Shown one piece after another: positions 36,076-48,687 of a stretch of 64,000 bases of DNA. A program made the translations under genes and the position numbers. The notes beneath the pieces are model-generated. The model ran no database searches. It was not told the origin of the DNA and was given only the letters and a program-made list of their open reading frames with translations. This DNA is from Paraspadella gotoi (Eukaryota; Animalia; Chaetognatha), in assembly GCA_051294375.1 (NCBI GenBank), contig CM119263.1, forward strand, positions 20,736,115 through 20,800,114, written 5' to 3'. Position 1 is the first letter of the stretch; the number at the start of each line of letters is the position of its first letter.

Positions 36076-37568
36076 TTCCGGCCGCCGGCCCGGGCATTTC
36101 CCAGAGCGCAGGCGACGCCAGGGCGGACCTCACGGCAGTTTCGGGCTCTCTTTCCGAATTCTACATGGTACCAGCATAAGTCTCAATCCATGTCGGTGGC
36201 AGTTGACGTGGGCTTGGGGAGTGGAGGGCGTGGGCGCTGTTTACGACGCTCTACGCGCTTCCATGTTTGAGAGCCATTGCCGACGGCACAGATTTCCGTG
36301 TAGGTGCGAGTTTGGTCATCGGCCTCGTCATCGTTGCAATCATTGACGCAGGCGTTGACAGTGGAGCTGGTCGTAGGTGCCTTTACTAGCAGGCTGCCGG
36401 TGCGGTCGTAAAAGCAGTCCGCTGCCTTTGCTGCTTCATCAAGAGAATTTGTGTCCGTGAAGGCTATGTTCTGAACGTGAGTGGGCAATGCATTGGCGAG
36501 GATCTCTTTGAAGATTGCCTCTGGCTTAATATTTTCAAAGGTAGCCCGAATGATGGTTGCTAATTGAGATGGGGTTCTCCCGCCTAGCATCATGGGTTTG
36601 TGAATCCTTGCAGCGCGTTGTCAAGGTTTTTCGTCAAAAAGGTCGATCAGGCGTTTGAAAACTTTGCGGTACGAGGGAGTGCGGTCGGGAACATAGAAGT
36701 CTTGAAGAAGCAATTGATGTTGCGATGGTATCGCTGCAAAAGCGTGGCTGGCGCGAGCGGTATCATCAAATACATCGGCGACAACGAAGGATGACTCGAC
36801 GCCCGCTAACCATAGGCGAATGTTTGTTGAATCAAAAGCTGGGAGCTTGGGAGAGCGGGGGCGTGGCGGCGCTGGCGGCGCCGGTGGCATGACAGGAGGC
36901 GGGGCGGGGAAAGTGAATGTTGGAACTCGCGGCATTGTGCTTGCGCACGGCGTCGTGAATGCTGACAATGGGGGAAAAGGAGAGTCAGTCTCTGAGTTGA
37001 CTTGAGATGTGGATCCGTTTGACCGCCGGCGAGGGTTAGGGTGGTTGGCGCCGGAGGCCACATAAGGCGGGTTCAGCATAGTGGTGGTTGATTTCGTGCT
37101 CTCAGATGAGCTCGTCGTTGGTGTCGATTGAATTCCGGCAGTTGGAGTCACCGTCGGCAGGGCACTGGATGCTGGAACGTCGATGCGAACGGGTTTTGGC
37201 AAGGTGGCTGAGGCACGACTGACGGAAGGCAAGGCAGCTTCGTTTGCTGAGCGGCGTCGTGATGCGGAGTTTGAACGTTTTATATCCTCCAGAGCGGCGA
37301 CGTGATTTTGTCCCATCTCGTGAACGGACCTTGTGACGGCGTCCTTGACGGCCTTTTTGAGTGCGACGTCCAATTCGCCGCGAAACTGGTTCTTGAAGAG
37401 ATCGAAATGTTCACCTAAAGGGTTGCTGGAGTCGCGAAGCTGAGGGTGGGTAGCGCCACCACCGACGGCGCCAATCACTCTAGAGCAATGGCCGCGTCCG
37501 CGATATGAAGGAGCGGACCCTCGGCGGGAGCGGTTGAATTCATCTTCAGCCATATCTTCCATTTGCAC
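36073..37568 (-). pseudogene. gag: Gypsy gag interrupted by two in-frame TGA codons
   Basis: ORFs 37568-36621 and 36593-36183 and the following DLCWYHVEFGKRARNC knuckle are all in one frame; KLPAFDSTNIRLW and LGGRTPSQL motifs. Confidence 0.85.
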
Positions 37569-38593
37569 ATTTGTCTTGGGATTTTGAAAGAGTTTTGTGA
37601 GTAAGTAGTACGGAGTGAGTAAAGGTTGCGTGATTTTCTTTTTTGTCGGGCGATCACCAATTGAGGTGACTAACTTGGCGAAATATTAAGATTGAAAATT
37701 GAGACAAGTTTTCCGTATTTTTTTTCAACATGTAATGATTCGGAAATCATAAGGAAAGACAGAAAATATCAAATCAAAAACAATGGTTAAACAATTCGTG
37801 GTCAAAACTAACTAAAGGAAAGGAAACAAATGAATTGGTTTAGTGGCCCAATTAAGTAGACCCACTTAACGGTCAAATGGTTGATTCATTCTAGACACGA
37901 TTTGGTCGTTGTCGTCGTTGTTGTTGTTGTTATCAGATGAGCTTCTACAAAAGCTTAATATAAGCTGTATCAAGTTTAATGTCGCTACTAAAAGCTTTTA
38001 TAAGCTTTAAATATAATTTTGACTGCGTTATGTAGCTCGGTACTTATTTTCCATTTTGCTTAATTTTTAGCAATTTTTATGAAAATACTTATCATTTAGA
38101 ATCACTCAATATTTATATAAACAGGTTTTTTGTATTTTTATGGATGAAAACTGGTTTAGTTGTTTTAGTTATATTTCACTAACAAAAGTGAACTTAACCA
38201 GCTTTCTTTGATGTCAAATTTTATCATTTTTTTCAATTTTTTTGCATCAAATTGCTTTATAAAATCGATAGAACGGAAAAATTGAGCAAGCGAATTTTCT
38301 TTTTTTTATCTTGGGGCATAGTATTATATCAAATTCAAAAAATTAAGGGGAAACAAGAGGTCATATATCATATATTGTATTTATTCTCCGCGCTAATGTT
38401 CACCACCTCTCTCCCCTCTTTCTCCCCCCCCCCACTTCGCCAGCCGAATTTTTGCAACTTAGAAGGAATTTAAAAGTTTTTTTTTCTGTCGGCGATCAGC
38501 AGGTGGCGTCGCCCGATTGCAGACTCGCTGTTCATCAGTCCAAAGCCAATCACCGCCTGAGCACCATGAAAAACCTCTTCTATGGCACCAGTG

Positions 38594-39466
38594 CACAGTG
38601 ATCCAAATGGACTAAATTTCCGGATAAACCTCTCTTTTTTGGCAAAAACAACTTTTTCTCGTATGCTGATTATCGTAGAAGCCCTCTGAGGTTGTTGGAA
38701 AAGTTTCAAATGTTTAAGATTGATTTGAAAAGATATGGAGAAAAAATTCATTAACCGACAAATTTGGTTCTTAAAGAAATTATTTATGGTAGTTGAACGA
38801 CTTTTGAATTATAATTTTGATATTAAAAAGAAATTGACCTAACTTAATATTTTTTTGATATTTATATTATAAGTAATAGGTATACGTTTGCTAAATATAA
38901 AATCATTAATTTAATCTCTTTAACAGTGCGCTAAGCAAATTAAGATTGGAAAATCGTTCAAAGAAAAGAATCATATGGTAATTTCTGAAGAATATCGAAT
39001 TCTTTTTTATTATTTTTTAAATGAAAAGCATTTTTAAATTTCTCAAAATGGCGGACGAATGCGGATGAGATTAAATTAGTAACTGATTAGTGAGAAGATG
39101 TATCATTAGGAACTAAATCTGGTTGATTGAAATCGGCTGAAATTCGATGAGTTTTTACTATGTTTTTTATATTATACATAGTGACATATTATGAAAATCT
39201 TTTTTTTATTTGTTAACAAACTAGACAAAGTGCTGATACCATAACAAAGTCAAATAATTTTTCTCTTCTACCCATGTGGGTGAAACAAACCTCTCAAAGA
39301 CTCACCCAAAATAGAGATTTGCTTATAACTTTAAAAAGAATAATTTTTGGAAACTGTTATCTTACCTAAGACTTCGAAGCATTACTATGGAAATACTGAA
39401 TAGGTATTTATGCCCGTATGTTCAAGTGGCTTTTATCCGGTTTTAATTTTTTTTTGGATCACTGTG
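38594..39466. mobile_element. Non-autonomous Transib-like DNA transposon
   Basis: 14-bp perfect TIRs CACAGTGATCCAAA / TTTGGATCACTGTG and 5-bp TSD CAGTG. Confidence 0.8.
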
Positions 39467-41144
39467 CAGTGGCGCCAACTCTCGGATTCTAAGTTATTTT
39501 TTTTTTGACGGAGAATGAATAAAAGTCGAAAGTCTGAGCGGTTTTACAACTTATGAGCGGAGGATAGAGGGAGACCGATTCAATACTATTGACAATAGCT
39601 CTACCAGACTACCTATATAGTATATACTTAACGTTTACGGGTGACATTTAAATTTTTAGGTGGATGTAAACAAAGAGAATAATGTGAGGTCGTCGAGATA
39701 ATAATGTGGAACAAAATGAGATGAATCGAAGTCAAAAAGGAAGAATGTAATCTAATTGGTTAATTGTACCATGAAGCCATTATTTTTTATAGAAAATAAT
39801 ACTAAAATATTTTTAAATAAGGAAAATTATATTCACCTAATTTCAACGAAAGAAACCAGCTAATGACGAAATGCGACTGTATTTTTACTGTTGTTCACTG
39901 AACTATTTTTTCCCTCGTACAACACAAAAAGCTACAGAGGTTCCCGGACCATCGTTATCTCTCCACAGCAAAAACTTCTTTCTTTCCTCTTTATTCTCTG
40001 AACTCGAGGCCGGTAATTCCCTTAAGTTTCGAGCTCGTCATATGAGCATGATCGATATATCAGATTCACTCTTTGTTTAGATGAGACATAACGGCGCGCG
40101 CAACGAGAAGAGAGAAAGAAACCTCACGATCTGGTATCGTTTCAATATTGTTGTCGGATTTGACAAACGTTCAGATTAGTTTCTTAATTCAACTTGATCG
40201 AAAGTCTCAGTTTTCTGTAGAGACTCGAACCCGTGACCTTCGCGTCTTCTCGTCGGACCGCAGTGACCCGAAAATGAAGCCTCATCCCCCTGACGCGAGA
40301 TCTTGTGACAGTCACCGTCTTCCTCACGCCTCCGTTCTCGAAAATGTGGCGCCCTCTCACGATCAACCTCCTCCTCTCATTAGCCAACGCGCCGTTGGCA
40401 AGCAACCGTCGCCTTTTCCGACCTCGTCATATGATAGTCAAGTCGTAATTCTCTTTAATGAATCAACGTTTTCAGGCTCTACAAATAGATCCGGGGATGA
40501 TCTTTTTACATCACAGCATGACCCTCGTTTTCACATTAAGTTTTCCCGCAATGTGGAAATAACTACTACGACAACACGTTTTTCTTTTCAAAATATAACG
40601 ACTGATCATCATGTACTCATCAAGTTTTCCTAAATCTCTAAATTAAAAAAAAGGAAACTGTGTACAGAAAACAAGTTTGAGCAAACGATGTCGGATCTGC
40701 CCACGATCATTAGCGGTAATTAATTAATTAATACAAACTATATAAAATAACAAAATAAATTGATTAATTGAATAATTAATAGATTGATTAATTGACCGAT
40801 TAATTTATTATTGATTAATTAATTGACTAAGTGATTAATTAACTGATTAATTATTTGATTAATTAATACACTTTGCGTTTACATTTAATATAAAAATAAA
40901 AAGAAGCAGTCACTGGCGCGGTTACCCTAGGACGGTCTCGCTTTGCCAACGCAGACGGAAGTCATTAGGACTGTGGATGGTGTGTTCCCCCTCTGAGCCA
41001 ATGGATTTGGCTGAAGGATGGTTGACGTGAGGCGGTGTGAATATACCGCCACAGCATAATCAATTAGTGAAACTGGTTTTTATCGAGCCATGACCGGCGA
41101 AGTCGGTTCAGGCTCGATATTGATTCGGGTCAGCTTCTTTGTGA

Positions 41145-41176
<32 letters not shown>

Positions 41177-42092
41177 GCGTCACGCTTTTTTGTATAAAAA
41201 CTACTACGCCCTAAAGTTTTGACTGGACTTACCCTACCCACACACAAAATTTCATTCCAATCCATCCATCCAATAACGAGTAATTGGTGTTTTTTACTAA
41301 GGTGGGACAGACGGACGGACGGATGGATAGACAGACATACAGACGGACGGACGGACTTAATTTTTTTTCCATAATTTATCATAATTCCATGTTCTGACAT
41401 GATATAAGTGCCCGTCAAGAGTCGGGATCTGCTGACTGCATCTCTGGAAAAACTCAGTCTCCCCGCCAAAAAAAAAAACTCCCCTACTTCCAGTCTCACA
41501 GTAGCCTCAAAAAATCATTCAATCTACAGTGGAGATCCTGATTATTATTATTAGTAAGAAAGAAAGTAAAATTGCATCGAATTGTTTAAAAATTCCAATG
41601 CCCGCTAAGAAATTGTTTTGCTCCCTCTGTTCAAACGCCGGTCGCAAAACGTTACCTTATTTGGAAGTATTTTTAGAATTATTTACTTTACAAATGTAAA
41701 CCAAATTTTCTCTCTCTCGCCGTATAAAAATGAATGCCACTTGGTACAATTAGCAAATTCGATTCCATTCGCTTTTCTGATTTCAATAAATCGATTCATC
41801 TCATTTTTATCTCGACCACCTCTACTTGGTGTTCAGCGCTTGTTCCGAATTAAAGTTTTTTTTGCCTCCAAATAAATCCTCGGATTATTCGCTACCACAA
41901 ATTAAATTTTCGGCGAATAAAAGAGAGAAAATCTTTAAAACTATGCTTTGCTTCTACCTGTTCCCATTTTTAGTCGGATCTGCTCTACTTTGTCGGTCTG
42001 CGGTCCGCCCCCTCAATCTTGTCGGGCAATGACTATATCATGTCAGAATGTCTAATTATGATAAATTATGCAAAAAAAAACGATGTCCGTCC

Positions 42093-42156
<64 letters not shown>

Positions 42157-45100
42157 GATAGGATGGATGGATTTGAATGAAATTTTGTGTGTGGGTAGGG
42201 AATTGTGTGATTGAGTTGGATAAGTTTCGATGGAATCGTGCGAGTGGAAATGAGTTTAAATGGAAAAAATAAAACAGATTTTTTCACTATTTGAACGCCA
42301 ATTACTCATAGGTGGACGGGGCGATTGACTTGAAATTTTGAATGTGTGTAGGAAAGTATGTGATTAAGCTGGAAATCAAGTTTCGATAGAATCTTCTGAG
42401 TGGAAATGAGTTTATATGGAAAAAACAAAAAAACCTGTTTCACTAATTGATTATGCTTCTTTTTCTTTTTATATTAAATGTAAATGCAAGATGTATTAAA
42501 TAATCAAATAATTATTCAGTTAATTGATTAATTAATTAGTAAATAATTAATTAATCGGTCAATTAATCAATCAATTAATTAATCAATCAATTTATTTAGT
42601 TATCTATTAATTAATTATTCAATCAATCAATTTATTTATAAGTTAAATAATTATTTAATCAGTTAATCAATCAATCAAGTCAATCCTTATCGACATTATT
42701 GTCGTCATCGACATCATCGTCGTCGTTGCTTTTGTCGTAATCAGTGACGAAAAGACCTAAAAACAAACATTTCGGATAAAATTAATTAATTTATTAATTA
42801 AATTATTATTTTAGTTTATATAGTTTTTTATTAATTAATTAATTAATTACCGCTTATGATCGTGGGCAAAGAGTTGGAGTGGAATCTCGAGAGAGTAGTG
42901 AGTGAGAGAGACAACGCTTTGGAAGAGAGAGATAATGCGGTAAAGGAAGCTGATGAAAAGAGAAATGTCATTCGTTGCAACCATCGAGGTCGAAGAGCAG
43001 CGCGGTGGTGCAGCATTTGGGAGCGATCACGGAAGCAGCAGCGATGAGGAGCAGAGCAACGACAATCATGATGAACCAAAAGTAGAGAAGTACGTTTGAT
43101 GGGGCGCGTCGATTTCTCGTCAACTGACGCAATAGATCGGAAGTCGACTGGGCCAGCTTCTGCGTCACTCATTGGTCTAGACAAGAGCATCACGTTTAAG
43201 GACCTGAACTTCAATGATCAATGGACAAAGTCATCTTGCGTATTGATTGCATCATCTTCAGCTTTGTTAAGCAGCAAACTGGAATCAATGTCAATTGCTT
43301 TTCTGTATGGAAGCTCATACCTGGGAGCGAGGTTGAGCATCAAAAACCCTCCCTCCTTTTATCCACTTCCTCAAAAAAAAAAACCGGCTGAAAAAACCCC
43401 GCCTTCCGTAACCCCCTAAAAAATCCCACATTCTATAACCATGAACCAACCAGTTAAAAAATTCTCCCTCCATCAATCCACCACCTTCGAAAAACCCCCA
43501 TTCTATCACCACTCCCTCAAAGAGTCCCCCTTCCACCCACACGCCCCCCTCGACGCCTTCGTTCTCGCGAGACACGGAGATGAAACGAGGCCGCGCTCGC
43601 TTCCTCACGCTACATTTGTGAGGAATGTTATTGTTGTCCCGGACGTTGGTCGTTGTCGTTGTCGTTACCCGAGGTTGTTTGCATTGTCGAATTCGCGTGA
43701 CCGCCTTGTTTTGCATCGACGTATCTCGTATGAAAAGTATAAAGAACAGTTCCACCAAATTTTTTTAAAAATATAATTTTCAGAGCTGGTCAAACATACA
43801 TGCTCTACAAATCATTCACTTTAATTAAGAAAGTCTGGTGGGGAATAGCAAAGATGAGCCTTAATGAAAACTGTTTACCAAGCGATCTAATAAAAAACAA
43901 CTCAAAACCGGTCAAACATTCCCATTCACTATCCCTAATCATGTTGAGAATTACTCGACCCATCTCTTTTTCCTCCCAAACGATGATTTTTAACGACGCA
44001 ATTTTCTACACTTTGACTCCATTGTTTTTCCATTGCGATGAAAAGGGAAAAGGCGGGGAAGTCTGCCCGATCTTTTCTGTCGCATTCGTCATCCGTAATG
44101 GAGAGAAAGACGATTGTTATTAACCTTCCTTACTTTTTTATTTTCTCTTCGGGATATTTTCCCAGTTCCACCTTTTTTTATTCTTTTTTTTTAAATACTG
44201 TCTGAGTCTCTACCCTCGTAATAATTTCTCTTTCCTATTCATAAACTTCCTCAAACAATCATTGTCCATTTGTTTCTTGCTCGGCTTTTTTTTAAGTTCA
44301 TGTTTTCTCCCATGTTTTTATTCCCTGTCGTTTTTCTCCCAAGCACCTACCTCGTCAATATTTATATTGGTGTCTCTCTGTTTTACTTCTATTTACTTTT
44401 TTAATAAACTTTTCCTCATAAACTCTTTGGCTGCATCTATTCCAGGCACTTTTCTCGACCGCAATGTTAACTGATTCTTCTTGGCTTCATGCCTCATCAC
44501 TCATCAGTCAATGGCTTCGTGCTCCTTTTTGACTTATATTCTCCTCTTCGATCTGCTTTCTTTCAAAGAAACGACAAAAAACAAATGACAATTATGACAA
44601 TTGGTTTACCTGGAAGATCCTAATACGGTACTTGGCCTATTGTTTTCTTTGCGCGAGTGGCGGCGCCTAGAGATAATACGGCGTTGTAATCACTAATCAA
44701 AATTACGTCGGCGATGGAACGAACAATTGGTCAATTAGTCATAATGATTAATTGATTATTATAACACACAGTAAGTAGCAAAGTGGACAAACGAGGTCTC
44801 CGGACGAGGGCCCAAATGTCGTCGTCGTCGAGTCCCTACTCCAATATTTTTGGTTTATTAGTGTGACAATTTGTGCATATTTTCCTACTTACTACGATAC
44901 GAACTTTGATTATATCGTTATTTTTACAAAACTCAGCATATATCCAATAAAAAAATCTATTAATTCCAATGTTTAACTTTAAAATAACAACTAAAAAAAT
45001 CTTAAAAGTATAGTGATCTCGCCAGAACTTACTATCAAAAAGTATGAAAAAGTACTATAATCTAATTTGCATATTGCAGTAAATCATAATTAAATAGAAA

Positions 45101-45204
45101 TTCAAACAAAAAATATTTGAATAGATATAAAACAAATAAAATGGATACATATTTCAACTTCCTTACTGCCTCACTAATGGAACTTGATAATTATAGTATA
45201 AAAT

Positions 45205-45515
45205 TAAAAAAATGCTGCAAGTTAAAAAAATTATGCAAGTTGAAAAAATTATGCAAGTTGAAAAAATTATACAAGTTGAAAAAATTATGCAAGTTGAAAA
45301 AATTACGCAAGTTAAAAAAATAATGCGAGTTGAAAAAATTATGCAAGTTGAAAAAATTATGCAAGTTGAAAAAATTATGCAAGTTGAAAAAATTAAGCAA
45401 GTTGAAAAAATTATGCAAATTGAAAAAATTATGCAAGTTTAAAAAATTATGCAAGTTGAAAAATGTATGCAAGTTAAAAAAATTATGCAAACTAAAAAAT
45501 AATACAAGTTGAAAA
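45205..45515. repeat. 18-bp minisatellite (AAAAATTATGCAAGTTGA)n; related array at ~29405-29495
   Basis: Tandem array visible directly; it explains the KLKKLC repeat ORFs. Both arrays are followed by TATTGGCGCAG..ACTGGTT. Confidence 0.9.
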
Positions 45516-45714
45516 AATAAAAGAAATTAAAAATGATGCAAATTCAAAAAAATATTATTATTTCCGCAGAAGCAGTTAAGTTTAAGCCCTTGAAAGCAAT
45601 TTATATGTATTGGCGCAGCCACTGGTTATTATTGTAATGTAAGAGAAGTTGCGAGCAAGAATAGAAGAGTGGCTTAACCTAGATTATGATGCGACGACAA
45701 CAATGACGACAACA

Positions 45715-45794
45715 ACGAATAAATGGCGATAATAAAAGTTTTTAGAAGGAAAAAAATAATCAGATTTGTTCAAAGAGATCGTACAGAGAGAGAG

Positions 45795-45851
<57 letters not shown>

Positions 45852-46067
45852 AGAAGAAGCTGAACTGACGCTGCAGAGCCGAAACTCGTTTTACTCGTCG
45901 CCCTAGTGACGGTGGTGAAAAAAAAGTGACTACAAAATTAAAAAAAAAAAAAAAAAAGAGAGAGAGAGAGAGAGAGAGCGAGCCGGAACTCTGTTGCTCG
46001 TTTACTCGTTGCCTAGTGACGGTGGTGAAAAAAAAATGACTAAAATTTTTTTTTTTTAAAAAGAGAT

Positions 46068-46107
<40 letters not shown>

Positions 46108-46254
46108 AAAAAAAGAAAGAGAGAGATAGAGAGAAAGATAGAGAGAGAGAGAGAGAGAGCCGGAACTCATTTACTCGTTTACTTTGTTGCCTTATGACGG
46201 TGGTGAAAAAAAAACTGACTAAAATTTTTTTTTTTGTAAAAAAAAAACAAAAAA

Positions 46255-46285
<31 letters not shown>

Positions 46286-46373
46286 AGAGAGCCGGATTTC
46301 GTTTACTCGTTTACTCGTCCCTAGTAACAGTGGTGAAAAAAAAGTGAATACAACTTTTTTTTTGTAAAAAAAA

Positions 46374-46406
<33 letters not shown>

Positions 46407-46592
46407 AGAAGAGGAGAGTGAGTTTTCCCGCCAAACGATACGCAATATTAGGTCACTCTCGTTTATATCGGTTATCCGTTGCTTCGCAACGGCGGCGTGA
46501 CCTCGGTCAAGTTGATTTTTTTTATATCAAAACGCGTTATTAGGTAATGTTCCTTGACATTGTTTACTCGTTGCCGGTCCTGGCTCGATAAA
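45715..46592 (-). mobile_element. DINE-like family 1 variant with four internal tandem units separated by (AG)n; related fragment at ~55050-55322
   Basis: Shares GAATAAATGGCGATAATAAAAGTTTT and the GGCTCGATAAAAA end with 15870-16983. Repeat unit GCCGGAACTC..TTTACTCG..GACGGTGGTGAAAAAAA. Confidence 0.55.
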
Positions 46593-47441
46593 AACAAAAA
46601 CAAAAACAAAAACAATGAAATTGTAAATAGGGAAAATGAAAAATTGTCTTTTGTATTTCATCGTCACGTCTCGTGAGTCTTTTGTTTTTACTCCGAGAGA
46701 TTCCAATTTCCGCCGTTTCTCAAACGGCGGCGTTGATCAAATGTTTTGTCTTTGATGTTGTCTCCGGAATCCGCCTCCAAAATTCAGTCTTTCTCGTTTC
46801 GCCTTTGAAACTTCCTTTTCTGTTTCCGACCGATTTCACAACAGACTTATCCTACTCATTTCCTGTTTGCGAGGCCTAGCAGAATGTCAGTATATCTGGG
46901 CGCTTGTCTTCAAGAGTATGAAATAAAAAACATAAATTTCACAAAACGAAACTCACTTTTAAAAGATTTCTGTATATCAATATCTAAATAACTTTCTGCA
47001 CCCTCATTTCCTTCCTCACCTTCTCTATATTCAAAATTTTAACTTATCTTCCCCCAGAGCCAGCCCCTACTAAAATCGTTCCCCACCTAGTACAGCCCCT
47101 CCCCCCCAACGCCTCTCCTTTCTCCTCCTATTTCTTTCCCATATTCCCCTCTTTCTCTCCCACTATTCCTCTCTCCCCCACCCCCCGCTCTCCCGCTCCA
47201 TATTTTCTCCTTGAGACACCGCCCCCCTATCGCGTTTGAATTATCTCGCTCTCTCTCACCTGGCGCCGAGATCGTGGTGCGAGGACGCCCATCTATCGCT
47301 TCGTCGTCGTTGTTGGTATCGTCGTCGCCGTTAACGTCGAGGTCGTCATCCAGTCGCTTCATTGGCTCCGTCGTCGTCGCCATTGGCTTCGTTGCTGTTG
47401 TCGTTATCTTCATCGTCACTGTTGTCGAGAAGCGTAATCAT

Positions 47442-47936
47442 TAAGGTGGATCGACTAGCGAATTAAGCCCTACCTCTCGAATTTCCCTATACTTTAAAAT
47501 TTAAAAATTATTAAAAAAAATTTTGGCCTTTCCTATTTATATATAAATATTTAAAAAATTAATTATTTGGGTATAGAGCCACATAAGAAATGCTTTTTCC
47601 ATTGAAAGTATACTTAAAAATGTATAAATTTTCGTTTGAGCATATAATCATTCTAAATTTTTGACTCACCCCATAGAGTGCGGCTTCCCCTAATACAACT
47701 ACTAAATAACTTTTTACCCTAAAAAAATCTTTAATATACGAAGATTTTAAGGTCACGTGACCGATATTGACCAATCACATATCGCGAATGGCTATTTTTT
47801 TTAAATTGAAAAAAGGCGTGTGATCCCGAATATTTATTAATCAATTGCTGTTGTGAAATAAAAGAAACTAAAAAGGGCAAAGGAAAAGCCGAGAGGTAAA
47901 AGATTTTGAAAAAATTCTACATCAGAATCCACCTTA
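47442..47936. mobile_element. hAT-like MITE (TAAGGTGGAT termini) inserted into the TSD of the ribozyme retroposon
   Basis: TIR TAAGGTGGAT/ATCCACCTTA and 8-bp TSD GTAATCAT; internal part related, in reverse, to ~54884-54990. Confidence 0.8.
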
Positions 47937-47944
47937 GTAATCAT

Positions 47945-48303
47945 AGACTTGAACTTGAAAGGCATTCGTCCAACGAGGGACTACCTCACTCTCAAAGCTG
48001 TCTAAGATGGTAAACTTGAGACTTGCCTTGAGAGGCTGCAGCCAGAATGTTGTTAAATAGGGTGGGAAAAGATAGAGGAAGAGAGGGAGAGAGGTGGATG
48101 GAGGGAGGGGATTGGGAAGGGGAGGAAGAGGGGGGAGGTGACCAGGTCGTCTGGGCCTGACCCACTCCGTTACCCAAGAAAACAGATCGGGATTCCGCCT
48201 TTCGACTTTTCCTTCTCCTTGTTTGATTGAGCCTCCCGTCTCTTTTGCCATCCGAAAGGATGTTCCCGCTAGCACCGCGTGGAGGTAAAGACGTACTGCT
48301 AGC
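47945..48303 (-). mobile_element. ~360-bp non-coding retroposon headed by an HDV-like ribozyme (RTE-type non-autonomous element)
   Basis: Flanked by the TSD AGCGTAATCAT (47431-47441 and 48304-48314). 3' end ...GCCTTTCAAGTTCAAGTC; 5' end at ribozyme G1. Confidence 0.75.
48237..48303 (-). ncRNA. HDV-like self-cleaving ribozyme (predicted)
   Basis: P1 GCUAGC/GCUAGC; P2 CGUCUUU/AGAGACG; P3 ACC/GGU; L3 UCCACGC; GG available for P1.1; GAA then P4 CAUCC/GGAUG; J4/2 G-C-AAA with the putative catalytic C at 48247. Confidence 0.85.
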
Positions 48304-48687
48304 AGCGTAATCATTGACTTGATTGTTGTCGTTATCGTCCTCCTTGTCGTAGTGGTAGTTCTCATCGTCGACTTCGTCATTGTTGTCGTCATTTTCAGAT
48401 TGTCGTCGTAATCGTTGTGGTTGGCGACATCGTCGACCGAGTTGTGGTCGTCATCGTCGTCATGGTTGTCGTCGTCGTCGTCATCATCGAAGCCGATTAA
48501 ATTTGGTTGTGAGAGTTTTAGCGGCAAAGGGAGAAAGTAACAGAAAGTGTGAACGCTCAGATTAAGTACTATTTTTTTTTATTTCAAGGCAGGTGTGAGA
48601 ATCTGGTTGAAGTAGGGTGAGAGGCAAGCAATTTAACTAGTAAAGACTAAAAGCGAATTAGCGTATTAGCGAGAGTGGGGTGAACAT

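Larger units (their letters stand above)
32700..37949 (-). mobile_element. Near full-length Ty3/Gypsy LTR retrotransposon; 5' LTR 37662-37949, 3' LTR starts at 32739 and runs into an N gap
   Basis: Identical LTR starts (TGTAGAAGCTCATCTGATAACAAC), PBS TGGTGATCGCCCGAC at 37645-37659, G-rich PPT at ~32742-32750, and gag and pol ORFs. Confidence 0.95.

Noticed and set aside
39871-43776. GC-richer patches and short ORFs (40148-40633, 42843-43419, 43315-43776) as a further gene
   Set aside because: No consistent frame, splice chain or recognisable motif could be assembled; a divergent gene cannot be excluded.
45117-45512. Repeat-protein ORFs or a CRISPR array
   Set aside because: Head-to-tail minisatellite with no unique spacers, in a eukaryotic context.
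47260-48530. D/T-rich minus-strand exon (ORFs 47087-47419 and 47934-48527)
   Set aside because: Degenerate (ACG)n-like sequence. After removing the two insertions the frames still do not join without a stop; there is a CAG|GTGAG donor but no recognisable domain.
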